A stretch of DNA of 64,000 nucleotides from Mantamonas sphyraenae STR306 (GCA_026936335.1 JAPMXV010000020.1:124001-188000); one strand, 5' to 3'. Counted from the first letter of the stretch, positions 12,108 to 24,075 are shown. Numbers and translations are program-made. Notes: generated from the sequence alone by a model not told the origin.

Positions 12108-14303
12108 ATGAGCAACAGCAGTGCGGCCAAGGAGAGCACAGAAAACACCGCTGTGGAGAATCAAGAGGTGGATTCGCCCATGACACGGGAGCCAAAGCTG
12201 GCATCGTCATCATCGTCATCGTCGTCGTCGTCGGGCAAGACGGGAGCGAAGAACGAGGATGAAGCGGCGGCAACGGCCACGTCAAAACGCAGCGAGAGCG
12301 GGGCAAGCAGCAGCGGCGAAAGCAAGAGCACAAGCACAGATACAAAAAAGGGAGAGAAGAGCTCAGAGACGAGAGAGACACAGGATGGGAAGGAGGCAAG
12401 GAGCAAGGAAAGCGCAAAACACGAGGCGAGGGCAACCGACTCGCCCAAGGTGCCGCAAGAAGCGGCCGCGCCACAGGACGATGACTCGGACGAGGAGCAA
12501 GAGACGCCCCCACGAGAGGACACATCAAACAAGGAGAGTGGAGGTGCAAAGAAGACCAATGAGAAGGACAGCACAGGGAGCGGGGGCTCGAAAGAGCAGA
12601 ACGCAACGGACAAATCGGCGGCCGGGGCGAGCTCGAACTCGAGTGCAGTGAAGGCAGGGGAGGAGGAGGAGGAGGAGGCAGACGACGCATCCACGAAAGC
12701 GCAAGGCGAACGTGCACACGGGGACAACGTGCATGTGGTCGAAATGGGCGCAGAGGAAGACGGGGCACGGGCAAAGCAGAAGGGCCAAGAGTGGGAGGAA
12801 GAAGAGGAGGGCAACGACAACGACGACGACGACGACGCCGCCGCATATGCACAGCACCTGGAACACAAGGAGGATGAAGAGGATGAAGAGGAAGGAGAAG
12901 ATGAGGAGGAGAGACAGGATGCGGCACACGTGTACGGAGAGTACGAGGAGGAGGAGGACGAGGAGGATGAATCGGATGAGGACGAGGAGCTGGAACGGCG
13001 CAAACAGAGCATCTTTGGAACACCTGCGCAGGGATTCGGAGCACATCGTGGGCAACAGGGGGCACCGAGTGCACTGATGGCCGGGGAGGATGCACAGGAC
13101 GTGAGCTACATCAACAAACTGGTGGAAACGACGCCGCGGATGAAACTGGGTGGCCTTGAGCGCATGGAACCAACCACGGGCCAGCGCATGATGGCATCGA
13201 ACGGAGCACGCTCTGCAGCGGGACACACGTCGGCACGAGGAGGAGGAGGGGGAGGAGCACGTGAGCCGGAGTTTCTGTTGCCGGCGGAAAAGATGGACGA
13301 GCGGCTGCTGTTGTCGCCGCTTGCATTGAAGCCCGTGTCGCCGTTTCTGGAAAAGCAGCGTGCGGACGAAAGGAGGCGACGTGCGGCCGAGTCGCAGCGA
13401 CACACGTCGCATGGACGCACACACGTGGGCAAACTGCCGTTTCCGCGGCCCACGGAAGGATCGACGTCGGCGGGGGCGGGAACAGGGGCAGGGGCCAAGA
13501 AGAAGGGGAAGAAGAAGAAGAAGAAGAAGACAGGGACGGCCGGGGATGGTGCAAGCAAGAGGAAGGGTGGGGCGGTGGCACGTGGCAGCATGGCACGCAC
13601 ACACACAAGCGGACCGGGCATCGGCAGTGGACAGGTGTCGCCACGCACGGCGAAACTGACGGCACACAACAAACGACGGGGCGTATCTGCGTCGAGCAGC
13701 CGGTCGGGTGCGTCGCCGCCGCGTACGAGCGCAGGCGCAGGAGCGGTGGCGGAAGGCAGGGCCATGCGCCAAAAGGTGGCCAAGCGCAGGCGGGAGCAAA
13801 GGGAACAGTGGAAGCAAAAGACAAAGCGCAATCCTTTCCAGGTGGATCTGGTGGCGGAGGCGGAGCGGATCGAGGAGGAGATGCGTGTGCGGGACGCGGA
13901 ACGCACACGCAGGCGAAAGATGATCGAACAGCGGAAGCGACAGGTGCAGAACGACATCATCCTGAAAGCCATCGAGGAAAACTCGGCGGTGGAGTTTGTG
14001 CGCCAGCAGAAGCGGATGATGATGGAGGAGGAGCGGCAGATCAAAGCACAAATCCTGGAGGAGCGCACCTCGCTGCCCATCCGCAGGAAGCAGGCTCGCC
14101 TCGAACGTGAGCGTCAGGAATTGCAGGAGAAGCGGGCACAGAAGGAGGAGCGCAACCGCTTGCGACAGGAGCGCATCCGCATGGCCAAACAGCGAAAACC
14201 AGGCATTGCTGCAACGCATCACTCCAAACGCGAGACACACGCAGAGTTTCTCAAGCGACTGGAGGAGGAACGAGACGAAGCCAGTGGCATCCACCACGGG
14301 TGA
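12108..14303 (+). CDS. Uncharacterised protein with a disordered acidic N-terminus and a C-terminal coiled coil
   Basis: Intronless ORF from MSNSSAAKES. C-terminal block KRNPFQVDLVAEAERIEEE...QNDIILKAIEE looks conserved and helical. A ciliary or cytoskeletal role is only a guess. Confidence 0.7.
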   Translation: MSNSSAAKESTENTAVENQEVDSPMTREPKLASSSSSSSSSSGKTGAKNEDEAAATATSKRSESGASSSGESKSTSTDTKKGEKSSETRETQDGKEARSKESAKHEARATDSPKVPQEAAAPQDDDSDEEQETPPREDTSNKESGGAKKTNEKDSTGSGGSKEQNATDKSAAGASSNSSAVKAGEEEEEEADDASTKAQGERAHGDNVHVVEMGAEEDGARAKQKGQEWEEEEEGNDNDDDDDAAAYAQHLEHKEDEEDEEEGEDEEERQDAAHVYGEYEEEEDEEDESDEDEELERRKQSIFGTPAQGFGAHRGQQGAPSALMAGEDAQDVSYINKLVETTPRMKLGGLERMEPTTGQRMMASNGARSAAGHTSARGGGGGGAREPEFLLPAEKMDERLLLSPLALKPVSPFLEKQRADERRRRAAESQRHTSHGRTHVGKLPFPRPTEGSTSAGAGTGAGAKKKGKKKKKKKTGTAGDGASKRKGGAVARGSMARTHTSGPGIGSGQVSPRTAKLTAHNKRRGVSASSSRSGASPPRTSAGAGAVAEGRAMRQKVAKRRREQREQWKQKTKRNPFQVDLVAEAERIEEEMRVRDAERTRRRKMIEQRKRQVQNDIILKAIEENSAVEFVRQQKRMMMEEERQIKAQILEERTSLPIRRKQARLERERQELQEKRAQKEERNRLRQERIRMAKQRKPGIAATHHSKRETHAEFLKRLEEERDEASGIHHG

Positions 14304-14360
14304 TGAGAAGAGAGAGTGGGAGGAGCTGCAATGCTTGGAAAATGGATGCCATGATGTTTT

Positions 14361-16526
14361 TCATGATGACGATGATGATGACGAGTCCGACGCCCAGGCC
14401 ACGTCTCGGCCACCAGGGGTCAATGTCACGTCAAAGGTGAAACCGTCGTCGTCGCTGCTGTCACTCTCGTCCAGTATGGCCCGTCTTGTGGCTTCTTGAC
14501 GCCGTTCGACTTCGCGTCGCACCGAATCGTGGACAGAGCGTGCGGACGACGACGATGCGTGCTTGTCTGTGTCTGAGCCGCCTCTTTCTCGACCACCAGA
14601 CGAGGACACGTGGCCACTCTGCATCATGTGTCCACGTGACACACGTTGGCGTCGTGGTGTGCGTTTGCCTGCTGATGCTGACGATGACGACGATGAAGAG
14701 GAGGAGGAGGATGTGGTCTTACGTCTCTCCTTGCTGCTGCTGGTGATGCGCACGTCGTCGTAGGCAGACAGGTTGAGATCAAGGAATTGGGCGGTGACCC
14801 GGTTGGCTTCCACCTCGGGAGCCAAGCCGAGCATTTGCCGAGCCTCCTGGCGCAGATCCTGGAGCACCTCTTCGATGGTGGTGAAGTATTCGTTCTGCAG
14901 CTGGATGAGTTGGAGCTGTGTCTGACGAGCATCCATGCGCCGTTCAAATATGAGCAGGGTGTGGTGTTGAAACTCCAGCGAGGTGCGATCCAGGCCCTCG
15001 ATGGCATCCTGCACCGTGTCACGTAGCCGTTCTTGGAATTGGTTGCGTGTCCACTGCATGCCATGCATGAACGACGAGGCCTGCAGCGCACGCGTCTTCA
15101 TGTCTGCCTTGGGTCCTCCCTCCTCCTCCACGTACTCCATCACATCCTGCAATGCACCCTTCAGCTTGGCATTCTCCACCTCCAGTCGTGCCATCTCTTC
15201 GCTGAGCCATTCGATACGTTTGCGATCACCGCCGCCACCGCCACCGCCGCCGTCCAACTCGCGACGGCCTTTGCCAGTGCCCTTTGCCGCCTGACTGTCC
15301 CGCAGCTTGCGCTTCAGGTACGTGTACTCGCCTGCCTTGACGACGGATTGGTAGGGCACTCTGTGGTTGAGCTGCCTCCGCAACTCCTTGTTCTCCTTGG
15401 TCAGCTTTGCGCGCAGGCGCTTCTCCACCTTTTTCTCCCGTTTCTCGTACTTTGTGTTGAGTTTGTACAGCAGATCCTTAAACACACGCAGGGGCACGTC
15501 CGGGAGCACCTCTTCGCGAAACTCACGGATGGTGCTCACCGCCGAACGCGGCACCCAGTACCGCCACTCCGAGGCAGCACGCGGCGTGGCTGGCCCCACA
15601 CGTCCACCCACCGCCTGGCCGTCGTCTTCCATCGACAGAGTGTCCAAGAATGTCAGTCCTTCGTCGTAGTCGTGGTACAACTCGGCAAAGCGGCGGTACT
15701 CGGGCACACTGGCCAGGATTTGCAGCAGCCTCGCGTTGTCCGCCTGCAGCTGCCGTGCAAGCGACCTCTGCTCCTGCTGCTCTGCACGCAGGGTGTCCAT
15801 GAGCTCTGCGTCGCGTTGCATGGCTTCCACTTGTTGCGAGAGGGCATGCACGCGCGCACGCAGCTCTCGCTTTTCGTCGTGAGCTGCACGGTACTCCTGC
15901 TGGTATTGTTCGGTGACCTCAGACAGCCGTTCCAAATCCTGCGACTGTGCTTGCAACTGTGCGTCCTTGACCGCCTGTGTGGCTTGGATATCAAGCACGT
16001 TGCGATATGTGCTCTGCAACACCTCGTCCTTCTCCGCCTGCACCTGTGCCAGCTGCTCACGCACAAAGTCCAGTTGCTTCTGCACCGCAAGGTGTGCTGC
16101 TTGTGCCTCCTCTGTGTGTCGTTTCTCCTCCACAAACTGCTGGCCCACAAACTCCAGCGATTGCTGAACCAGGCCGCGCTGCTCCCGCTCGTGCGCCAGC
16201 TGCTCCTCCGTCAGCGCCAGCCTGTCTCCCAACTCGGTCACCAGCATGCCCAGACGCCTGTTTTCTGCCCTCCATTTGCTGGTTTCCGTCTGTGTGGGTG
16301 TGACCGCGGCAGGAAGGGTTTTTCCAGTGTCAGCAGCGCAAACAAGATGGCGCACCACCAACGGCTACGACTTGCACACACGTACCGCACTCTGCGACAG
16401 GGCATTCGCACGCAAGGCACTGATTTCCTGCCGAGCTTCGCTCAGCTCCTGTTCCGCCTGTTTCCAAAGCTTGTGTGCACGCACGACTTTGTCCTCATAC
16501 TCTGCGTGCAGGTCTTCGGCCTTCAT
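14361..16526 (-). CDS. Uncharacterised long coiled-coil protein; exons 16386-16526 (or from 16553), 14361-16289
   Basis: GTACGT...CACAG intron at 16290-16385 (96 nt, phase 0) joins MKAEDLHAEYEDK... to TETSKWRAENRRL. Heptad-rich, with an internal globular-looking block WRYWVPRSAV...RRQLNHRVPY. Confidence 0.7.
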
Positions 16527-16549
16527 TTTCGCTGCTGCCGGGGATGTCA

Positions 16550-19484
16550 TCATCTCTCCTCTTCCTTGTCCCCTTCCACGTCGTCGCTCGCTACCGGTGG
16601 TGTTGATGTGCGCACTATGCTGGTGCTTGTGTTGGTTGTGGTCGAGCTGCTGGTGGTTGTCGTTGTCGTCACACCCAGCGTGGATGTCGTCGTGGTTGTT
16701 GTTGTCGTGGTTGGCTTGCGTTCGTTGGCGTCCTCCTCCTCTTCACCCTCTTTCCTCTTTCCCTTCTCCTGGCCCTGTTTGCCCGATGTGTCCTTCTTGC
16801 TGCTGCTGTCGTCGTCCCCTTTGGGGTCATCATTGCCTGCGTCGTTGCCCTTCTCCTTCGCGGCGTCCTTGCCAACCGAGTGGGCGCCACTGCTGCCCAT
16901 CTGGTGCAGGATGGACAGCTGCTTCTTGAGGGCTTTGATTTGCCGCTTGCTCTTCACGTCCTGCTTGGGTTCAAACACAAGCGGCACGTCGGGCTGTGCG
17001 GCACGGTGACCAATCAGCGAACAGCCGTCCTGCAACTCGTCGCCGTGGCCATACTCTGCGCCACAGCACGTCCACACGTCCGTGGCGTCGGTGTCGGCCA
17101 TGAGACGTGGCTTCTTGTGGCCTGTGTGGTGCATGACGGAACACTCTGCCGTGCGGTTGAACATCATCGCAAATCGTTCCTGACAACGCTCGCAGGTGCG
17201 ATACACGCGCTGCAGCTCGTCGTGCTTCGTCAAATGGTTGGTGTAGTCAAAGCCCTGCACACCCAGCTTGGCCTGCTTGGCCTTTTCCATGATGACGAGG
17301 TCCATGCCTTCCTTGAGCTCCTCCAATTCGGTGAGCACCTGGCCCTCCATGGCGTCGTACAGGACGTACTTGTCCCAGTTTGCGTAGCTGCCGGTCAGCT
17401 TGCGCACTGCAATCTTGAGTTGTCCTCAAACGTGGTCTGGCTGCGCCTGTCCACCACCAGCGTCATGTGCCCCGGTTGCAGTCGTCCCTCGCTGTCCACG
17501 CGTGCGTGCTCGCCCGCGTACTCGTACAGATTCAGCACCAGTGTGGTCTTTGGACGCGACCGTTTGCTGGCACTCAGGTCGGGCTTGAACGTGGCTTCCG
17601 ACCCGCTCGTTTGCTCCGAGCCCCCACCACCACCATCCGCGCTGCCTGTGCTCTTGCGCGTTGCGCTCAGACGCTCAATCGACGCACTCAGGTTCTTGCG
17701 CTTGAGTTTGAGCTTGCCCACCGCCTTGACAGCAGCCACCTCGGGGCTTTGGGTCACCGATGGGGTGGTGCGTGGTGCACTGAGTCGAGCCACCGCCTGA
17801 TCGATTGCAGCTTGACTCACCTTGGCCGCTTTTCGCTTGCGCTTGGCTGCTGCTTCTGCCTCGCCCTCCGCCGTGGCCGCAGCATCCTGTTTCTTCTCTG
17901 GCACTTTGTACAATCGGCTCACTGCCTGCTCTTGCTGCTCCTTGGTCAGTTTGATGCCTCCGCCGGCCGACGGCGCCACCATCGCGGCCGCCTTGCCTTT
18001 GCCTCTTTTTCCTCGCGCTCTCGCTCCTCCGCAATGTGTGCATTCGTCTTTGCCAGCCGATCGGCCACCCGTTTGCCGTTGCGTTTGGTGCTGCGACGTG
18101 GCGATCCCGATGCAGACGCCACCGACGACGACGAGGCGTAGCCGCTCTTGCCGCCGCCTCGTGCTTTCTTCCCTGCTGCCGTCTTTTTGCGACTGCCCCG
18201 CTTGGTGTCACGTTCACGTGCTCGTCGCCCACTCGAGCTGCCAGCATCGCCGGAAGTACGTGCAGGCGAGGGCAAAGGACGTGACAATTCCTGTACCATG
18301 GCTTCCTGACGCTTGCGTTGGCGTCGGCTCTTGCTGCTCTTGCTGCTGCGCCCCTTGCGTGGGCTGCCACTTCGGCTGCGGCTTCGACTCCTGCTCCTGC
18401 CCTCCCTCAACTTCTTCACCCGCTTGCTCTTGGCGGCCCCACGTCCACGTGTGTTGTTGTTGTTGCTGCTGCTGCTGCGCTTGCCACGTTTGCGGGTACT
18501 GTTGGTGGACCTTCGTGACGAGGTCGACCTTCGTGACGAGGTCGATCTGGCTGTGGCCAACCCATCGCTCGCCGTCCGCTTCTTCTTGCGTCGTCCCAAA
18601 TAATCGTCCTGCAAATGCATGCGGGGCTTCAACACCAGCGACTCCTCAGACACCCGTGGCTGCAGTCCCATCTGCCGCATGTTCTTCAGGATCACTCGCT
18701 TCTGTGCTGCACTGATGTGCGGGTCCTCCAACGCGTTGTACTGAAAGTCTGGCACCATGGGCGGGTCCTTGTACGGCGTCGTCCCACTGCCCGAGTCGCT
18801 GCTACGTGTGGCTCCTGCGATCGCCGGGAACCGTGTCCGTGGCGACCCTCCATCCACTCCCTGTGGTTGCCATCCCTCTTCAGCCTCGCTGTCACTCATG
18901 GGAAGACTCTTGGGCCGCTGTGTGGGTGGGTGTGAGTGAGCGTGTGGCCGTGTGTGTGGACGTATGCGGGGCGAAAACACCCTCGAAACGGCTCAACGGC
19001 CCAATTTGACACGCAACAACCCACTCACCTCGCTGAGCCGATTCATGGCTGCCTGCTGCCTGCGTTGAGACGCCTTCTTGGCGCTGTTGTCCCCGCGCTG
19101 CTTCTTGACCTTGGCCTTCCCTTTGCTGCCCTTGCCCTTGCTGGTCTTTGCCTTGCTGCTGCGTTTGCGGCGAGGTGAGGCTCGGCCTTCGCTCTCGCTG
19201 TCCGACACCATTTTGGCCGCAGAGCGCAGATGCGGTGTCACAGGACTCGACGGCAATTCTTCGTCTGCCTGAGCCGTGCCCTGCAAAGCCTTGTCCGCTG
19301 TGCTGTTCGCTGGAGCCACTTGCGGCTGTTTGCCAGATTTGTCCCCCTTCTCCTCATTCCCGTGGTCAGCATTCACATCCTGCTGCTGCCCCGCAGCGGG
19401 CTGGTTCTGCTCCGGTGCATCGACACTGTCGGATGTGTCGTGCATGCGGGCCCCGCGGTCATCAAGAAGATCAAGGGACGACAT
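16550..19484 (-). CDS. Basic protein with repeated 'xxxRLs' motifs, a DCX/ubiquitin-like domain and a C-terminal CHORD/Btk-like Zn motif; intron 18918-19028; frame breaks at ~17993 and ~17420
   Basis: Four ORF pieces (18993-19484, 17946-18917, 17395-17982, 16550-17407) join through one GTGAGT...CACAG intron and two single missing-A sites. Cys/His motif CERC...C...HHTGH...WTCCG...GC...GH. Confidence 0.6.
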
Positions 19485-19535
19485 GTGGGTTGGTGGGATG
19501 TGCGCAAGCGTGGTTCATGGATTCCATTCGTCCCT

Positions 19536-21507
19536 TCATGCGCAGCTCCAGTGCATGATGGATCCGTCATCACCCACACTGACCATCCCACGTGCGTCGT
19601 CGACAAAGGCAACGTCTGTGACGGTGGACGAGTGGCCGTGTGACGAAGCAACCAGGGAAAAGCCACTCTTGGCATCGACGGCGTACTGTGCAACCATTCC
19701 CGTGCGACTTCCGACGGCAACGAGCCCGCCCTGTGGGGCCATGCAGACACAGGTGATCTCACCGACCTCGTGGGCTACCTTGTGCGACAGATGGTCGTCA
19801 GCAAGGGCGGCATCCGAGGCAAACACGCGCAGATAGCCATCCTGGGTGGCACACACAAATGTGATCACCTTGTGGCTTGTCCACAACACATCCACATCGT
19901 TGACAGCGCCCGTGGATGCTTCCCACTCGCCCAGTTTCTTTTCGTTCTTCAGGTCAAACAGCATCGCTGTGCGGTCGTCGCTGCACGTGAGTGCCAACGC
20001 ATCGTCCCACAGGAAACGCACCCGATTGACACGCGACGCATGGTCAGCAAAGTGAACCATCAGCGCCTGCGAGCTTGCGTCCCACAGCCGGACGCTTCCG
20101 TCGCCGCCGCCGCTGAGCAGCATCTTGCGGTTGTCGCTGACGGCAATGGCCGACACGCCGTTGCTGCGTGCCACATTGTCCATGTGCCACAGCAGCTGGT
20201 TGCTTTCGTTGTGGCACGTCACCGTGCCGTTGGCCCAGCCTGCAATCAGGACTCCATCAAACAGGGCCACAGCCGACGCCACACCGGCGTCCTTGACACG
20301 CACCAGCGTGCTTACATTGCCATGGCCATCCCAAACCCTAAGAGTGCCATCGGCACCGCTGGAGGCGCATTGCTGGCCATCCACACCCAATGAAAGCACA
20401 GGGCCGCTGTGAGCTTGCATCAGCAACTCACCATCGCCCGACTGCACACCTTCCACAGACGAAAGAACCATCTGACCAAGATCGGTGGCCATCAGAAGCA
20501 TGTTTGTGTCCACGGTGGCCATGAGCGAGGTCGATGTCACAGCACCTTCCACTTGCAAGGCGGCAGCCACTTCCAGCGAGTCTCCCTCGCCCACCAGCAG
20601 TGACACAGAGCCATCCTTGCACCCAACCAGCAGATTGAGGTCAAAGGTGTCGTCCAGTTGTGGCATCACAGCCATGCTGCACACAGACGCCCCCACGCTG
20701 ACGTGGCCTTTCAGTATGGCCGTGCGCAGCAGCACACACAGCACGTCTGACGTCTGTGTGCCCGCGTACACATACCTGCCCTTGGGTTCAAACTCGATGG
20801 CTGTGTACGCGCGCGTTATCTTGCCTGTGTTGGCCGTCTCGACCTGCAGCTGGCCGCTTTGTGGATCAAACGTCCACAACTGCAGCGAGGAACCGCCTGT
20901 GGCAAACAGGTACTGTGTGGTGATCTTTCCCTTTGCGTCCTGTTTGCATCCCTGGGCCCACGTGGCACACTGCAGGTTCTGTAGGTTCTGATTGGCCACC
21001 GAGCTGCAGATCAGCCCGCTGGCCAGTTCCCACACAAAGAGGCGGCCATCTAGACCCACCGACAGCAGGAAGCGTTCGTCGTGTGAAATGGCCAACAAGG
21101 AAACACCCTCGTCGTGTTCCTCCAGCCTGTGAGGGTGTGAGCAAGGGGAAACGCGCGGGGTTGTGCGGGACACGGACAACGGTCGGCTTCATCGTGGCGG
21201 GCAGGGGCGTGACTCACCTGTGCAGCAGTTGACCCGACTCCAAATCCCACACCACCACATCCAACGCCCCACTGACAACGAATTTCCCCGATGCACTGAC
21301 TGCCAGCGCAGACACGCCCTGTGGCGCCGAGTCGTCAAAGAGCAAAACCGAGTCGCTGGGGTCATCCACAGCCGTCACCGTCACCGCCTTTCCCGAGCAT
21401 GCAACCACATGTGTGCCATTTGGATGCAGATGCACCCCGTTGGCAACCGAGCCGGAGAAGCCCGTCGCCCGGGACAACTGCAAGCTGGACAGTGAGGAGG
21501 AGCTCAT
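19536..21507 (-). CDS. CFAP52: WD40-repeat protein, CFAP52/WDR16-like; exons 21218-21507, 19536-21126 (626 aa)
   Basis: N-terminus LQLSRATGFSGSVANGVHLHPNG resembles CFAP52 (LEAVIGFNGHVPTGLKCHPD). Many WD repeats. Ends MVSVGDDGSIMHW. Length matches the family. It may be a divergent paralogue. Confidence 0.75.
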
Positions 21508-21533
21508 GTGCAGTGGAATTTTGTTGCTTCGTT

Positions 21534-21628
21534 CATCGCATGGTGCTCGGTCGATGCCAGGGCGAGACGAAATGTGTCATCGCAGAGTGGAATGTGGTTT
21601 GCATGGGTGATCGACGTCATGGCGAGTG
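21534..21628 (-). promoter_or_regulatory. Candidate SECIS element in the 3' UTR of the FAM241-like gene
   Basis: Minus strand: helix I CA(C)TCGC/GCGATG; core ATGAC (21620-21616) and CGAG (21549-21546); helix II GTCGAT/ATCGAC plus CCA/TGG; unpaired AAA at 21600-21598; extra mini-helix GCGA-GAC/GTC-TCGC. The apex is longer than canonical. Confidence 0.5.
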
Positions 21629-21683
21629 CGTGTGTGTGTGTGTGGGGGGGGGTGGACCGGCGGATGCGAGGCAATGTTGCTCT

Positions 21684-22305
21684 CTAGCATCCGCTGTGAA
21701 AACACAAAGGCAATGTGAGCACATGGAAAGGAAAGCACGACGACTAAAGAAACACCGAGGGCTCAAGCATGGGCAACATACCCTCTGGATCAGGCGGAAG
21801 GAGGCGGTTTCGGCAAATCATCAATGGTCTGAATCCTGCCGCCGGCGCGCTGGCCTCCTGCGCTGCGCCCTGTTCCGAATGAACTGCTGCCACCGGCCTC
21901 AGCACTCTGCAAACACCAGCGACAGAAAAGGGAGATGGGGTCAGCATTCAGCAATGAGGAGTGGTCACAGAGACAAGGCTGGAAGGCTGGCGGAAAACGC
22001 ACAGGATTCCAGCACACGCCCACCGCAATGGCCAGAGTGACAACAAGGAGACCGCGGGTGCCAAAGAACATGAGGGCGACAAAGTAAGCCATGCCCAAGT
22101 GGAGGAAGCTGACGGGGCTGCCAAACAGGCGCAGGGTGCCTGCTTCCCTGTCGAGGGCATCCATCATCCTCGAGGAGGAAGAAGAGGTGGAGGAGGAGGA
22201 GGTGGAGGAGGTGGATTGGGCTTCAAGGTCGCCCGTAAATGAGGCCTTGCCACCCTTTGACGGGGCAGGGTCGCGGACGATTTCGCCGTTGACAATGCGT
22301 GTCAT
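21684..22305 (-). CDS. FAM241/DUF4605-like small membrane protein, candidate selenoprotein (in-frame TGA at 21790-21792); exons 22003-22305, 21782-21906, 21684-21693 (145 aa)
   Basis: MTRIVNGEIVRD and LMFFGTRGLLVVTL resemble FAM241 (MVRILANGEIVQD, LMMLGVRGLLLVGL). Gly-rich tail RIQTIDDLPKPPPSA-TGA-TCC-AGA-GG|GTATGT...GCTCAC...TTTTCACAG|C-GGA-TGC-TAG gives ...SA-U-SRGGC*. The donor of the first intron is uncertain (GTGCGT at 22002 chosen). Confidence 0.7.
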
Positions 22306-22405
22306 GTGTGTGGGTTACAGTAGCTGCGCGGTGGCAACCACACCGGCATTCTCAAGGACCTCGGCATCCCCCCCCCAACCCCCCCACCCCCCATTTCCAG
22401 GGACG

Positions 22406-24035
22406 ATGAGCAAGAGCCAGAGCCAGATGAGCAGCTCGACATCCAACGCCAGCATTGCGAGCATGGCGTCGTCGGATGAGTCGAGAACAAGCAGCCCCTC
22501 CTCCTCCTCCTCGGCTTCCAACAGCCACAGTGGCAATCAGGGCGGCGGGAACAACAACGTCAACGCAGGGCTGGCAGGCGCCATGCAGATGCAAATGCCA
22601 GGCCCTGTGTTTGGCACGCTGGCGCCGGGTATGCACATGCAGCAGGCGGCGGCGGCAGCGGCGGCGGCGGCGCAGCAGCAGGCCAGCCACTCGCCGTACG
22701 AGACATGGAAGGCGGCAGCGGCAATTGGGCAGATGTTTGCGGCCCGTTACTACCCGACACTGATCAACAATCCCGTCAACCTGATTACGTTGTACAAACA
22801 CGACAGCACGTTTGTGTGCGCACAGACCGGCTCGTCCACGCTCACCGAAGCCGACGTGGCCATTGGCCTCAACGACATCAAAGCCAAATGGGTGGCGCTG
22901 GAGCTGGCCGATGCCGATGTGGATGTGCAGAGTGTAGACTGTGTCAACACCGAGCACGACTCGGTGCTGGTCAGCGTCACCGGAACCATGCAGGCTCGCT
23001 ACGAAGCACACCCACGTCGCTTTGTCCAGCAGTTTCTGCTCGCTGTGCAGCATCTCGTACGTCGATCCACTCTGCAGCCCCACCTCCCACCTCCACACAT
23101 GCTATTTCCCACTTTTGTCAGCAGCAATGCGCAGCGTGGCCACGCCGCTGCGTGCCGCCCTGTAGCTTTGGCGCGTTTTGGCCCGGCCGGAACTCCCAAA
23201 ACCTCGTTGTTTGCTCACCCCACGCACCGGCCCACGCTGCCACCCACACCACCCACACCCACACCCTATCCCTCAGCCGCGCCGAGGTTACTATCTGCAG
23301 TCGGACATGCTGCGCTTCTTGGATGAGAGCGAGCGCGTGGAGGCAGACGAGGCGGGCGATTCGGTGCTCACGCTGAAAACGCTTCCGGACGAGCTGCGCA
23401 CCCAGTTCCTGGGACCCAAGGAGAAGGGCTCGCGCAATGCATCCATCGACGTGGCGCCGTACGTTTTGCCCATCTGCCCATCTGCCCTTTCCCCGCCCTT
23501 GTCGAGCGTGGCTTTGCATGCGTTTGGCGGCAACACGAGCCCTCGACGTCCATCATGCAAGATCGGGAGGAACGTCGCTGCTCTTTTTTTAGCTCACACA
23601 CACGCACACACGCTCATTGCGCTGCCACGGCCGTTGCATGAATGTGGATCCCTGCGCACACACATCCACCACACACGAAATCCACAGTTCGGAGACGGAC
23701 GCGTCCGTGTCGTCGCTGGCTGAAAGTGATGAAGCAAAGGCGGAGGCGCAGATGGAGGGCCAGGCGGGCGAGAGCGATGAGGGCGAAGGCGCAGAAGAGG
23801 GCGAAGGAGAGGGCGAGGCAGACGGAGAGGGCGACGGTGAGGCAGATGGGGACGATGAAGGCGCACGCGCATTGAGCAAGAGTGCAAAGAAGCGCAGGCG
23901 CAGGCGAAAGAAGAAGAAGGAGGCGGCGGAAGCGGCCGAGGCGGCCGCCGCAGCCGCAGCCGCCGCAGCAGAGGGGAAGGAAGCAACGACGACAACGACG
24001 ACGGAGACGACGGACGACGACGGAGACGACGGCAA

Positions 24036-24075
<40 letters not shown>

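Noticed and set aside
5078-16553. Bacterial-style ATGA stop/start overlaps at 5078-5081 and 16550-16553
   Set aside because: Any A before a TGA stop creates ATGA, and 19 of the 24 stops here are TGA. Better starts exist slightly downstream (5000, 16526).
21500-21536. Second ATGA-N11-AAA SECIS-like pattern
   Set aside because: It has no convincing helix II and runs into the CFAP52 start codon.
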